A stretch of 64,000 nt of DNA, taken from contig CAPRTS010000007.1 of assembly GCA_948695535.1 (NCBI GenBank), positions 3,164 to 67,163 on the forward strand. Direction: 5' to 3'. The position numbers and the translations under genes are program-made. Shown one piece after another: positions 1 through 9,868 of the stretch. The DNA is from an uncultured Eubacteriales bacterium. GTDB taxonomy: Bacteria; Bacillota; Clostridia; Christensenellales; UBA1242. The notes beneath the pieces are model-generated. The model had not been told where the DNA came from and did no database searches. It saw only the letters and a list, made by a program, of their open reading frames with translations. The stretch's first letter is position 1. Every line of letters begins with the position of its first letter.

Positions 1-103
1 CGGAATTGTGACGATTCCGTTACGCGGAAAGGTGAATAGTCTTAACGTGGGTAGTGCGGCGGCGATTGCTTTATACGAGGTTAATCGCCAAAGGGGTCTG
101 TAA
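1..103 (+). CDS. 3' end of a SpoU/TrmH-family RNA 2'-O-methyltransferase (RlmB/YacO-like), truncated by the window edge
   Basis: Frame 2 reads GIVTIPLRGKVNSLNVGSAAAIALYEVNRQRGL*. This contains the conserved C-terminal SLNVxxAxxIxxYE motif of SpoU methylases. The TAA stop at 101-103 abuts the GTG of the next gene. Confidence 0.6.
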   Translation, partial: GIVTIPLRGKVNSLNVGSAAAIALYEVNRQRGL

Positions 104-565
104 GTGGTAGATCGTGAGCGATTAGTACGCATGCAAGTGCGTCGTTTCGCTAATACCTGCGTTGCCGAAGAAGATTTATGGCAAGAAGGAATGTTGGCGT
201 TGTTAAAAGCCGACCAAACTTATGATCCCAATTTAGGTATTAAATACGAAACTTATGCTAGTACCGTTATTCGTAATCGCTTGATTGACGTCTTACGTGG
301 TTACAAGGCAAAAGACGAAGAAGAACCCCTGGTTGACGATCCGGTGGGTAAACCGTTAGATAACGAAATTGAACACCAACGCAAAGTGCACTTATTGCAC
401 AAGGCTTTGGGCAGCTGTACTGCAATTGAACGGGCAATCTTTAATGCCTATTGGCAAGGTTATTCCTACAAAGAGATTGGTGGTATTTTTACTGTGAACT
501 CTAAAAAAATAGATAATACTATACAAAAAATTAAAAAACTGGTAAAATCTTATGATGAAGATTGA
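104..565 (+). CDS. Small sigma-70-family RNA polymerase sigma factor (SigH-like by position after the SpoU methylase)
   Basis: 153 aa. Region 2 signature: DLWQEGMLALLKADQTYDPNLGIKYETYASTVIRNRLIDVLR. Region 4 HTH: ERAIFNAYWQGYSYKEIGGIFTVNSKKIDNTIQKIKKL. The rlmB-sigH type synteny is known from Bacillota. Confidence 0.8.
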   Translation: MVDRERLVRMQVRRFANTCVAEEDLWQEGMLALLKADQTYDPNLGIKYETYASTVIRNRLIDVLRGYKAKDEEEPLVDDPVGKPLDNEIEHQRKVHLLHKALGSCTAIERAIFNAYWQGYSYKEIGGIFTVNSKKIDNTIQKIKKLVKSYDED

Positions 566-1187
566 AACGCTTGATGGTATGTATGACAGTAACACTTACG
601 TGTGTAAGTTGGGTAATAAAGTGTTGATTATTGATAGCGGGGCCACATTGGACGACGTAGTAGCCAACGTCGGTAAAAAACAAGTGGTAGCCGTGCTGGT
701 TACGCACGAACACTTTGATCATTTAACCAACTGCGTGGCGTACGCGCGGCATTTTAACGTGCCCGTATACGGCACCAGAGAGGTTCTGGACAATTTGAAG
801 TATTATCGCGAGCAATTACCCTCGGCGGAAGAAGCGGGCGTTTATTACCCGATTGTGGGCTTTGATGAGGCGATTACTTTTAATATTATTGGTGATGAAC
901 AACCATTAACTTTGGCCGGGATTAAAGTGCAACCGTATCTTTGCCCAGGGCACAGTGCCGGTAGTGTGGTTTACCAAATTGGTGATGCGTTGTTCACCGG
1001 GGATTTGCTTTTCGCCCGTGGGGTGGGTAATGTTTATATGACCAATGGTAAACGTTATCTTTTAGCAAGTTTGGAACGTGTAAAAGGGTTGCAGTTCCTA
1101 ACGGCCTACCATGGCCATGGTGCCCCCAGTGAGTACACTGCACAGCAGAAAAATATTCAAGTATGGTTGAAATGGTTGGCCAGATAG
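552..1187 (+). CDS. MBL-fold metallo-hydrolase (glyoxalase II-like)
   Basis: 211 aa with the metal-binding motif VLVTHEHFDH, followed by PGHSAGS and TGDLLF. It overlaps the sigma gene by 14 nt. Confidence 0.8.
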   Translation: MMKIETLDGMYDSNTYVCKLGNKVLIIDSGATLDDVVANVGKKQVVAVLVTHEHFDHLTNCVAYARHFNVPVYGTREVLDNLKYYREQLPSAEEAGVYYPIVGFDEAITFNIIGDEQPLTLAGIKVQPYLCPGHSAGSVVYQIGDALFTGDLLFARGVGNVYMTNGKRYLLASLERVKGLQFLTAYHGHGAPSEYTAQQKNIQVWLKWLAR

Positions 1188-1201
1188 GTTATAATTAAAT
1201 T

Positions 1202-3766
1202 GTGTTAGAGGAAATTATTGTTACTGGCGCGAAAGAGCATAATTTGCGTAATGTTGACGTGACGATCCCGCGTAATCAGTTAGTGGTTTTTACGGGGGTT
1301 TCGGGGAGCGGTAAAAGCAGTTTGGCTTTTGGAACAATATACGCCGAAGGTCAACGGCGTTTTATGGAAAGCCTAAGTTCGTACGCACGTATGTTTTTGG
1401 GACAAATGCAAAAACCCGCGGTAGATAAAATCACTGGGCTATCACCAGCTATTGCTATTGACCAAAAAACTACCAATAATAATCCGCGTTCAACGGTAGG
1501 TACAGTGACCGAAATTTACGATTACCTACGCTTACTGTATGCCCGGGTAGGTATTGCCCATTGCCCGCATTGTGGTAAAGTGGTAGAACGGCAAACGGTA
1601 GACCAAATTATTGACCAAATTTACCGGGACTTTGATGGTCAGCAAATCCATATTGAAGCTCCCATTATTCGTGGTCAAAAGGGCAGTTTTGAAAAGCGTT
1701 TTGAGGAATTGCGCAAAAGCGGTTTTGTGCGCGTTAAAATCGACGGTAACCGTTGGACTTTGGATGAAGAAATTAAGTTAGATAAGAATCTTAAACACAA
1801 TATCAGTATAATTGTTGACCGTTTACGCGTGTCGAGTGAGGAGCGTACACGCTTGAATGATGGTATCGAGTCCGCTTTACGTCAAACCAAGGGTTTGGTA
1901 ACCATTGAATGCGGTGACGTGGTAAAAACTTTTTCCGATCAATTCGCGTGCATTGATTGTGGTATCTCGATCGCTGAATTAGAACCACGCAGTTTTTCGT
2001 TTAACAGTCCTTTTGGTGCGTGTCCTGAATGTAATGGTTTGGGTTTTGTTACTCGAATTGATCCAGTTAAATTGCAAGCTTGTCATTTTGAATCAATTAA
2101 GTACTTGACGCCCGAAGAAGTTATGGTGCGTTATCGAGCCACAACCAGTGACTATGTCCGCAACGAGTTGGCAAAAATGATTGTCGAAGATGAATGTCCG
2201 GCTTGTCATGGTCGTAAACTTAAACCGGAGGTCTTAGCGGTAACCATTGCGGGGTATAACATTGCCCAAATAACTGCGTTACCGATTAACGAAATGATTA
2301 CTGTTATTAAGGGCTTGCAACTGACGGGGGCGGCTGCTATTACCGCAGCCCCGATTGTGAAAGAAGTTTTGGCGCGTTGTCAGTTTTTGGTTGATGTCGG
2401 GTTGCATTATTTGACTTTGGCTCGTAGTGCTGGGACCTTATCTGGTGGGGAGAGTCAACGTATTCGTTTAGCAACCCAAATTGGTGCTGGGTTGGTTGGG
2501 GTGCTGTACATTTTGGACGAACCAAGTATCGGCTTACACCAACGTGATAATCAAAAGTTATTGGCAACCTTAAAACACTTACGTGATTTAGGTAATACCT
2601 TGATCGTGGTGGAACATGACGAAGAAACCATTCGTAGTGCCGATTTTATTGTTGATGTGGGACCTCACGCGGGGATCTACGGCGGTGAGATTGTGGCCAC
2701 GGGCAAAGTTCAAGATATTATTGATTGCCCACGCTCGGTTACTGGTGCCTTTTTAAGCGGTCGAGAAACTATTCCTGTGCCAACTAAGCGTCGCCCTATC
2801 GGTAAACGCTTTATAGAAATTAAACACGCGAAAACAAATAACTTGCAAGACATTGATGTCGCTTTCCCCGTTGGCGTGCTGACGGTCGTTACCGGCGTAT
2901 CGGGCAGTGGCAAAAGCAGTTTGGTTAACTATGAATTGTTGAATGGCTTACAAAATGGTGTCGGTAAAGAATATATAGACAAAATTATCCGTATTGACCA
3001 AAGTCCAATTGGTCGCACGCCCCGCAGCAATCCCGCGACCTATACCGGTGTGTGGACGTTAATCCGCGAACTGTTTGCGGCCACGCGTGATGCCAAGGAG
3101 CGTGGTTTTGGCGCGGGACGTTTCTCGTTTAATGTTGCCGGTGGGCGTTGCGAGAATTGTGAAGGTGATGGTACCAAAAAAATTGAAATGCACTTTTTAC
3201 CCGATATTTACGTGCAGTGTGACGTCTGTGGTGGTAAACGTTTTAACCAAGAAACTTTAGCGGTTAAGTACAAAGAAAAAAACATTTGGCAAGTGTTGGC
3301 TATGTCAGTTGACGAGGCTTGTGATTTTTTTGCCAATGTACCGCGAATTTACAAAAAGTTAAAAACCTTACAAGACGTTGGGTTAGGCTACATTAAATTG
3401 GGTCAACCCGCTACTGAATTATCGGGCGGGGAAGCCCAACGCGTGAAATTAGCCACTGAATTGTGTAAAGTAATGACCAATAAAACCATTTATCTTTTAG
3501 ATGAACCGACCACGGGGTTATCGACGTACGATGTCAAAAAATTGATTGCTGTATTAAACCGTTTAGTTGACGCGGGCAGCACGATGGTAGTTATTGAACA
3601 TAATCTGGACGTTATTAAAGTGGCCGACTATATTATCGACCTTGGTCCAGAGGGCGGTAATGCCGGGGGGCGCATCGTGGCCAAAGGTACTCCCGAAGCG
3701 GTTAGCCAAGTAACCGCTAGTTTTACCGGACAATTTTTACGCGATTTGTTACCCGGTGTTAAATAA
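1202..3766 (+). CDS. uvrA: Excinuclease ABC subunit A (UvrA), short 854-aa form
   Basis: Two ABC ATPase modules: Walker A GVSGSGKSSLAF twice, and signatures LSGGESQR and LSGGEAQR. Zinc modules: CPHCG, CIDCG, CPECNG, CPACHG, CENCEGDG, CDVCGG. Confidence 0.95.
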   Translation: MLEEIIVTGAKEHNLRNVDVTIPRNQLVVFTGVSGSGKSSLAFGTIYAEGQRRFMESLSSYARMFLGQMQKPAVDKITGLSPAIAIDQKTTNNNPRSTVGTVTEIYDYLRLLYARVGIAHCPHCGKVVERQTVDQIIDQIYRDFDGQQIHIEAPIIRGQKGSFEKRFEELRKSGFVRVKIDGNRWTLDEEIKLDKNLKHNISIIVDRLRVSSEERTRLNDGIESALRQTKGLVTIECGDVVKTFSDQFACIDCGISIAELEPRSFSFNSPFGACPECNGLGFVTRIDPVKLQACHFESIKYLTPEEVMVRYRATTSDYVRNELAKMIVEDECPACHGRKLKPEVLAVTIAGYNIAQITALPINEMITVIKGLQLTGAAAITAAPIVKEVLARCQFLVDVGLHYLTLARSAGTLSGGESQRIRLATQIGAGLVGVLYILDEPSIGLHQRDNQKLLATLKHLRDLGNTLIVVEHDEETIRSADFIVDVGPHAGIYGGEIVATGKVQDIIDCPRSVTGAFLSGRETIPVPTKRRPIGKRFIEIKHAKTNNLQDIDVAFPVGVLTVVTGVSGSGKSSLVNYELLNGLQNGVGKEYIDKIIRIDQSPIGRTPRSNPATYTGVWTLIRELFAATRDAKERGFGAGRFSFNVAGGRCENCEGDGTKKIEMHFLPDIYVQCDVCGGKRFNQETLAVKYKEKNIWQVLAMSVDEACDFFANVPRIYKKLKTLQDVGLGYIKLGQPATELSGGEAQRVKLATELCKVMTNKTIYLLDEPTTGLSTYDVKKLIAVLNRLVDAGSTMVVIEHNLDVIKVADYIIDLGPEGGNAGGRIVAKGTPEAVSQVTASFTGQFLRDLLPGVK

Positions 3767-4154
3767 TATTTTCCCAACTGGTGCCAAGATTATAGTGGTG
3801 AACCTTAAACAAGTATTGTAGTTTAGTTAAGGCATTCATGGTTTCCTCTTTGTTGCCAAAGTTAATAAAATTTTTGGCATAAATGATAGCGTCACTGATT
3901 TGAAACGTTTCGGTGTGTTTGACGATAAAGCACAGTGCTTGTTCGCGCTTTAACCATGTTTGCTCCATGGCGGCGATGCGTTCCTTATTTTCGTCAGTAT
4001 CAACGCTGTCGTCGCCACAAACCGAAACGCTGGCCAATAAAGTGTCCAGTTGTTGGTTTAATAACTTGAAAGTTTGATTGACGTAAACTTGTTCCCAAAC
4101 TACACCCCCAATGATTAACAGTAAAATAACCAAAGTTGCAAGCCAACGTTTCAT
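3759..4154 (-). CDS. DUF4363-like small membrane-anchored protein
   Basis: 131 aa with an N-terminal TM (WLATLVILLLIIGGVVW), a helical body and a ...WENII C-terminus. It is translationally coupled (4-nt overlap) to the upstream DUF421 gene, a pairing typical of Bacillota. Confidence 0.65.
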   Translation of the reverse strand: MKRWLATLVILLLIIGGVVWEQVYVNQTFKLLNQQLDTLLASVSVCGDDSVDTDENKERIAAMEQTWLKREQALCFIVKHTETFQISDAIIYAKNFINFGNKEETMNALTKLQYLFKVHHYNLGTSWENII

Positions 4155-4615
4155 AAAGACACCTTCTTACCTTCCCCTTTGGGAACCACCGAAATTTTGC
4201 CATTGCTTTCCAAAATAGCGTAATCAATATCTTGCAGATCAAAGACATCTTTACCGCGTAATAATTCTAGCAGTTCATCTTCGCAAATATCCAATTGCTT
4301 TAATTTCTTGTGGTCAATGCCTTTGGGCGTAACCACAATTACCGGTGATCCGGATAAAATTTTGCGTACAGTTTCGCTTTTATATTGTAACTTGACAACA
4401 AAAAAATGTATAACTTGAATTACCAGTAGCGGCAAAATTCCGTACCAAATCGGAATGGTGGGGTCAGACATCGGGATGGTCGCCAGGTCGGCAATAATCA
4501 GTGTAATGACTAACTCGAATGGCTCCATTTCGCCAATTTGGCGTTTACCCATCAAACGCATTACTACAATCGCAATTAAATAAATAATAAAAACTCGTAC
4601 GACAATCGTTAACAT
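4151..4615 (-). CDS. DUF421 (YetF-like) membrane protein
   Basis: 154 aa. LMGKRQIGEMEPFELVITLIIADLA and the C-terminal DYAILESNGKISVVPK match the YetF/DUF421 pattern. Confidence 0.8.
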   Translation of the reverse strand: MLTIVVRVFIIYLIAIVVMRLMGKRQIGEMEPFELVITLIIADLATIPMSDPTIPIWYGILPLLVIQVIHFFVVKLQYKSETVRKILSGSPVIVVTPKGIDHKKLKQLDICEDELLELLRGKDVFDLQDIDYAILESNGKISVVPKGEGKKVSL

Positions 4616-4623
4616 TAAATTGA

Positions 4624-6117
4624 TTATTGCCGTTTCTTAGGCAGAATAATCAAGTTGGTTGTCCACGCCAAAATAAAAAAAACAGTTAAGGCTAAGGCTC
4701 CGGCTAAACTTAAATTTAACCAAAGTGGCAAGATAGGGCAAAAATGATAAGTGAAGAACCCAACCGTTAACGCGGGGAGAGCAATCCCCGTATAGGCCGT
4801 AATGGTGACTAAGGTGCGGTCGGGACTGTGCCAGTCAGTATATTTACGAATGGCCATGATATTTAGGAACGAAGACACGGTCATACCTAAACCTAACCCC
4901 AGTAACACCGCATCAGCACCAATGATCGCGGGCATAAACCAAATAATAATGAACAGTAAAACGGAACCAATCGCATAATTACGAATAGCAAGACCTTCCT
5001 TGTTCAATGAGTTTAAGGTGGTATTGGTGATTTGTGATAACGATAAGGGAAGCATCGCCCATGCCGAGCGGGATAGGTAAATACCACTGGTAGCGTCAGC
5101 GTATAAAAATGTACCAATAGGTTCACCCAAAGCAATGTAAACCGGGATAAAAATAAAGTTAATGAAAATGGTAAATTGCAGTACTGTCTTGATTTGGTGG
5201 CGAATGGTACGCCATTGTTTTTGCCCCGCCATAATTGATAATTCAGGAACCAAAGCGGTAGCCAAAGACGAAATCACGGTGGACGGAATTGTCAACAAGG
5301 GATAAGTCATTCCCACGATAACGCCTAATTGTGAAATGGCGGTAACGTTATCCCAGCCCGCGGCCACAAGCCGTAACGGTAACAAAATTGAAATAAGCGG
5401 AAAAGCTAAACTGCCTAAGATACGAACACCCGTAATGGTGGCTGCTGACCTTAATAATGGTTTAACGTAATGGGGACGAGGCCCAGTGGCATGGGCAAAT
5501 TTGTTGCACTTGATAAAAATAAGTACTACCACCATTGCGGAAACAATACACGCACCACTGAAAGCCCAAGCACTCAAATGGGCTAGGTCGGCAAAGAAAA
5601 AAGTAAAACCCAAGAAAAGTACGAACAGCAGTACACGGGCAATTTGTTCAATTAACTCGGTTAGTCCCAATAAGAAAAAACGTTTTTCGCCCCACCAAAC
5701 TGCCCGCAGTACAGCGTAAACACTGCTGGCGATAATGGCAGGTAACAAAGCAATCAAAATGCCGATACTGCGGCGGTCAGTAAAAATGAAACCTAGACAA
5801 CCTTGGCACAGTAATACGATGGCACATAAAATTAATGACGCTATCACGCCAATCAGTAAGCCCGCTAAGGTAATGTGTAAAACCTTATTGCTACCACGTT
5901 CGGTTTTGGCTACTTCTCGCGAAATTACCAAGGGCAGGCCACTGCTGATAACGGTCAAGAGAATCATGAAAATACTCATTGCCATTTGGTAAACGCCCAG
6001 CATCTCGGCGCCCAAAATACGTGATAAAAAAATGCGGAAGATAAAACCGATGATGCGTGTCCCGACGGCAAAAGCGGTAATGACCAAGACAGATTTCGCG
6101 AAGGCACGCATACACAT
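4624..6117 (-). CDS. MOP-superfamily flippase (SpoVB/MurJ/Wzx-like)
   Basis: Polytopic membrane protein. The N-terminus GFIFRIFLSRILGAEMLGVYQMAMSIF is typical of the polysaccharide-biosynthesis/SpoVB family. The start was moved to an internal ATG (6117 or 6111), because the first 43 codons of the 540-aa ORF look non-coding. The start remains uncertain. Confidence 0.7.
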   Translation of the reverse strand: MCMRAFAKSVLVITAFAVGTRIIGFIFRIFLSRILGAEMLGVYQMAMSIFMILLTVISSGLPLVISREVAKTERGSNKVLHITLAGLLIGVIASLILCAIVLLCQGCLGFIFTDRRSIGILIALLPAIIASSVYAVLRAVWWGEKRFFLLGLTELIEQIARVLLFVLFLGFTFFFADLAHLSAWAFSGACIVSAMVVVLIFIKCNKFAHATGPRPHYVKPLLRSAATITGVRILGSLAFPLISILLPLRLVAAGWDNVTAISQLGVIVGMTYPLLTIPSTVISSLATALVPELSIMAGQKQWRTIRHQIKTVLQFTIFINFIFIPVYIALGEPIGTFLYADATSGIYLSRSAWAMLPLSLSQITNTTLNSLNKEGLAIRNYAIGSVLLFIIIWFMPAIIGADAVLLGLGLGMTVSSFLNIMAIRKYTDWHSPDRTLVTITAYTGIALPALTVGFFTYHFCPILPLWLNLSLAGALALTVFFILAWTTNLIILPKKRQ

Positions 6118-6288
6118 TATTATGTTGGTGAAAATCAAATATGAAAAGGGGCAGTTGTTTGAAATTGCCCGGACGTGCGGAGTTGCTCCGTGTACGATTA
6201 TCTTGGCAAATCGCTGTCGCAACGAAAATGAATTACCGGCCACCATTTATGTGCCGGTTACAACGGCAGTCCGATGCCAAGTAATTCC

Positions 6289-6702
6289 TTACCCAAAGTA
6301 ATAGATTTGTTGATTGTTATCGATAAACTTAATGCGGTTGCCAGATTTCGTGTAAACCATCACGTCACTGAATTTAGCCATTTGGTCGCTGAGCACGTTT
6401 TGTTGGCGTCCAATCGCTTGTTGAAAAGTTAAGTAATAATCATTACCTTTTTGGGTGTAGGTGCCCAGACCTAAGAAAAATAAACCCTTGTCCCGGTGAA
6501 CGATGCGAATGTGAAAAGTACCGTTGTCGTACAATTGCAGATCGGAATCTTGAAAATCGGCAGCAGTGTACTCCGTATGCTCAACGGCCGCAACGTGATA
6601 ACCGTTTTTGTTAAAAACCGTGAAGTAAACCAGTAGGCCAATGCCGACCAGTGCCACGCTTAACGAGGCAACAATAATACTCCATTTAATCCCACGTCGC
6701 AT
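6289..6702 (-). CDS. Small N-terminally anchored exported protein, function unknown
   Basis: 137 aa with one N-terminal TM (WSIIVASLSVALVGIGLLVYF) and a beta-rich body. It is the last gene of a three-gene minus-strand operon; its start overlaps the stop of the upstream gene. Confidence 0.55.
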   Translation of the reverse strand: MRRGIKWSIIVASLSVALVGIGLLVYFTVFNKNGYHVAAVEHTEYTAADFQDSDLQLYDNGTFHIRIVHRDKGLFFLGLGTYTQKGNDYYLTFQQAIGRQQNVLSDQMAKFSDVMVYTKSGNRIKFIDNNQQIYYFG

Positions 6703-7190
6703 TAGGCAACCTCCTTAGAAAATACCAAAATAGTGACCTCGTATTCTAAATAGCGTGTCTCGTCAGGATTTTCTTGGGTGATTTCAACCCGCGAAGGTTG
6801 CGTCTGACGGAAACAAATCGTAGCGTCCGTACTGGTCGCGGTTAGCGTTTGCAATTCGTTTTTGTAAATAAATTCAATATTAAAGGTTGTGTTTTTAACA
6901 CCTTCTTGATATTTGGTAACGATAAAGGGTATACGTTCGTTAGGTAAACCAACTAAGTGTAATTCGCCGGTTTGACGGTCGGTATTGATTTGCAAATAAC
7001 TTGCGTGGTTAATCGTCACGTCGGTAAAAACGTTTTCGCGAATTTCACTTAAATAATATTTTTGACCAAACTCAACAGCACCATTGATGGCACCAGTGTT
7101 CGTACAACAATACCACGTTACGCCAACTGCCGTAGCAATGATGGCTACGACTAAAATAACGATAAGACTAATTGTTGTGCGACGCTTCAT
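6702..7190 (-). CDS. Small N-terminally anchored exported protein, function unknown
   Basis: 162 aa with an N-terminal TM (ISLIVILVVAIIATAVGV). It overlaps the 3' end of the 866-aa gene by 23 nt. Confidence 0.55.
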   Translation of the reverse strand: MKRRTTISLIVILVVAIIATAVGVTWYCCTNTGAINGAVEFGQKYYLSEIRENVFTDVTINHASYLQINTDRQTGELHLVGLPNERIPFIVTKYQEGVKNTTFNIEFIYKNELQTLTATSTDATICFRQTQPSRVEITQENPDETRYLEYEVTILVFSKEVA

Positions 7191-9768
7191 CTTTAATATT
7201 ATCTACTTTTGCTGATTTTTCGGCAACAATTTTCTTATGAGTATCTTTAAGTTGCATATCACGGGCGTAGGTAGTAGTTTGGTGAGTAATGTGCTTATTG
7301 AATTTAGTACGACGCCATAAGAAACTAAATACCGCCAAAACAATTGCTATTGCGGTAATCAAAGTCGGAATCAAGTACCACCAATTTTCGCCAAAAAAAT
7401 TATTCTTATCGCTATCGTTACTATCATTATCGGTTGGTTTATCGTCAGTGGCGGTGGCAACTTTAACAAGTTTATCGTTGGCGCTTAGGTTCTTGGTTGC
7501 TAAATTGTAATCAGTCTCGGTCATTTCCGTAACCGTCAAAGCGGTTATGTACAAATGACCGTCATTAAAAGCGGTTACATCTTTGCTGCCTAAGGTAACT
7601 AATAAGTTTAAGGTTGTGGTTGTAGAAGTGGCCTGGCAGTAGAAATTATAAGTCGTCAGTGCGTCAGGGGTGTTAGCGTCGAGTTTAACGGTGAAGTAAT
7701 CATCAAAACCGTTTAATTCTATAAAAGCATTCTCGCCACGAGCGGTAAGCGAAACGCGGTAGTAATTATCGGTTGTTAAATTGTAGTCCAAGCCGTATTT
7801 GGTAACAATAGTGGTTTGTTCTTCGTTACGTAAAGTAATACCATCGCGGTCAAAACCAATAGCCAACTTGTCGGCCACAGTATTATCGGTGGTTTGCCAC
7901 AATCCGGTAAGGTTAACGGGACTGGTTAAATCAACCGTAATCAGGGTCGTAGCGTTCGCATCATCGAATGGACAAAATTCAGTATCGCTACGGAAGTTAT
8001 CTAAAAAGGCGGTACCCGCTTTTTGTAAGGTAAAAACTAATTGGTAAGCACGACTGGCTGCGTTAGCATGTTCGGTAATTGCTAATTCGTAATGACGCCA
8101 CGTATTATCTTGGATCGTAAATTTACTTAATTCCACACCATCGGTGGTTTGAAAACTGACCGACAATGGGGCAGTGTCTAGGGCATGCGCGTCAAACGAA
8201 AAGTAAGTAGTTTCGCCCGCGGTGGTGGTCAGTGTGGGACTGGTGACTTGGTTAGTGGTCGCGGTGCCGTTGTGCAACATGTAGATATTATTATTTTCGC
8301 GATAATTTTGGTTAATTTTCCCCGGATTATCCAGTCCGTTAAAATACCAAAAGGCGGTGTTGACAATGCCGTTGGTGGTTTGTTCGGTTGTCCAACTGTC
8401 GGCTTTTAAGGGGTAGGGGTAAGTGTTGCTGTTCACATTCGCAGCGGTACCTAATTCAAAATTACCATTAGCCACCGACCAATCTTCAGCACTATTCAAC
8501 TCGTTGGTGCCTTGCACGCCCAACGCGTTGGCATTGGTCACGGCGTAATCACCCGCTACACGATAAATGCGTAAATCGTCCAAAGCGACCCAACCGGTAA
8601 CTTTACCTTCGTCTTCATTGCCTAAAACAAAACTCAACATGAATTCTTGTTTAGCGTCGTAGCCTGCGGTATAGAAAATGGTATTTAATTGCCAGCCGTT
8701 ATAATTGGGGTATTCGACGGCAGTAATCTTTTGGTAAGTGTTGCCAACGCAGAAATAAAATTGTGCTAAATCACTGGGCATTAACGAATAGAATTGAAAC
8801 ATATAAACTGCGTGCGGTAACGGTTGAAAAGTGTATTTACTTAAAGTTAAACGGGTATTATTGCCGTGGGCGGCCATTAACATAACATCTCCTTGACCGT
8901 CCTTAGCGTAGAAAGTATGATGATCATCGGTAAAATTCAAACGCGTAGCGACTAAATTATTATTGATGTTATTGGTGACAATAACGTTCGGTTGGGTACT
9001 GGTCGGGGCAGTAAAGTCAGTATTGGTTACGACTTGCACTTCCTCAACGGCAGTGTGGTCGGTTAAGTTGTAATACACTTGGTCGGCACTGTCTAAGGAC
9101 GCAACGGTATTATTAAAGGTGGTGACTGGCAAAGCGGTGACGGTCAGGTCACAAAAATACGCGGCACCATAAATCTCTTGATTAGGACTACCAAAATACA
9201 GTAACGCGGATAAAGTTGTGGCGACTAAACGGTCTGTCTGGATCATGAATTTGGCAGTATGCCACGCTCCGCGGGCGTGTAACGGCAAGTCATAGTCGCC
9301 TAAATAAAAATGACATTGGTCGGCAGGGTCGCCCATAACCCAGTACTCGACAGCAATTTCGTAGTAACTGTTGGCCGCCAAAGTTATTTCATTAAGACTC
9401 AAATTACCACTGGTTTTGGTATTGGCCTTGTTTGCCAATAAAAGGTAAGGATTGCGTTTGCCAATTTGACTGCTATCCAGTGTAATGTCACGGTAGGTTT
9501 TGTTATTGTGGTAGGTGTCGTTAGTTTGATTGGTAACTCGCAGTACTGTCAAATTGTCATTAGTGTTTTTTTGCCAATTATCTAAATTGTAATCCGTCGT
9601 GCTTTGTTGGAAAGGAATTGTTTTTTGCGCCGGTGCTGTATATTGGTAAGGACTGGTCGTGGCTGTTAACGCACTTAGTCCCGTTGCCGCTAACGGAGTG
9701 ACGGGACTAAATAGTATGACGGCAATAACGATTAAAGCACTTAAAATAATAAGTAATTTTTTTTTCAT
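7168..9768 (-). CDS. 866-aa surface protein with a signal peptide, CBM-like beta-sandwich modules, and a C-terminal TM anchor with a charged tail
   Basis: N-terminus: MKKKLLIILSALIVIAVILF. NGNFELG...W is reminiscent of CBM4/9/22-type modules. The C-terminus has an acidic stalk (TDDKPTDNDSNDSDKNN), the TM WWYLIPTLITAIAIVLAVFSFLW, and an RRTKFNKH tail. There is no LPXTG. Confidence 0.8.
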   Translation of the reverse strand: MKKKLLIILSALIVIAVILFSPVTPLAATGLSALTATTSPYQYTAPAQKTIPFQQSTTDYNLDNWQKNTNDNLTVLRVTNQTNDTYHNNKTYRDITLDSSQIGKRNPYLLLANKANTKTSGNLSLNEITLAANSYYEIAVEYWVMGDPADQCHFYLGDYDLPLHARGAWHTAKFMIQTDRLVATTLSALLYFGSPNQEIYGAAYFCDLTVTALPVTTFNNTVASLDSADQVYYNLTDHTAVEEVQVVTNTDFTAPTSTQPNVIVTNNINNNLVATRLNFTDDHHTFYAKDGQGDVMLMAAHGNNTRLTLSKYTFQPLPHAVYMFQFYSLMPSDLAQFYFCVGNTYQKITAVEYPNYNGWQLNTIFYTAGYDAKQEFMLSFVLGNEDEGKVTGWVALDDLRIYRVAGDYAVTNANALGVQGTNELNSAEDWSVANGNFELGTAANVNSNTYPYPLKADSWTTEQTTNGIVNTAFWYFNGLDNPGKINQNYRENNNIYMLHNGTATTNQVTSPTLTTTAGETTYFSFDAHALDTAPLSVSFQTTDGVELSKFTIQDNTWRHYELAITEHANAASRAYQLVFTLQKAGTAFLDNFRSDTEFCPFDDANATTLITVDLTSPVNLTGLWQTTDNTVADKLAIGFDRDGITLRNEEQTTIVTKYGLDYNLTTDNYYRVSLTARGENAFIELNGFDDYFTVKLDANTPDALTTYNFYCQATSTTTTLNLLVTLGSKDVTAFNDGHLYITALTVTEMTETDYNLATKNLSANDKLVKVATATDDKPTDNDSNDSDKNNFFGENWWYLIPTLITAIAIVLAVFSFLWRRTKFNKHITHQTTTYARDMQLKDTHKKIVAEKSAKVDNIKDEASHNN

Positions 9769-9803
9769 AGAACAACTAATAGTTTATACTACAATTGCTA
9801 TTT

Positions 9804-9832
9804 TTAGCAAGGGAAAAACTTTTACATATAAT
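9804..9832 (+). promoter_or_regulatory. Candidate sigma-A promoter for the Ppx/GppA gene
   Basis: TTAGCA (9804-9809), a 17-nt spacer, then TATAAT (9827-9832), in the divergent intergenic region. Confidence 0.4.
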
Positions 9833-9868
9833 CTATACAAAAAATAAATTTTGTGTTATCATTGGAAC

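Noticed and set aside
6118-6246. An N-terminal 43-codon extension of the flippase ORF.
   Set aside because: The extension is not hydrophobic or flippase-like. The family-typical N-terminus begins after the internal Met codons at 6117 and 6111. The choice of start remains uncertain.
6118-6288. Hairpins (ACCGGC...GCCGGT, CGGAG-CAA-CTCCG, GGGCA...TGCCC followed by a T-rich tract) on the minus strand between the small exported-protein gene and the flippase gene, considered as a terminator or riboswitch.
   Set aside because: The stems are short (5-6 bp) with large loops, and there is no clear stem-plus-U-tract geometry and no match to a riboswitch class I know. The support is too weak to call.
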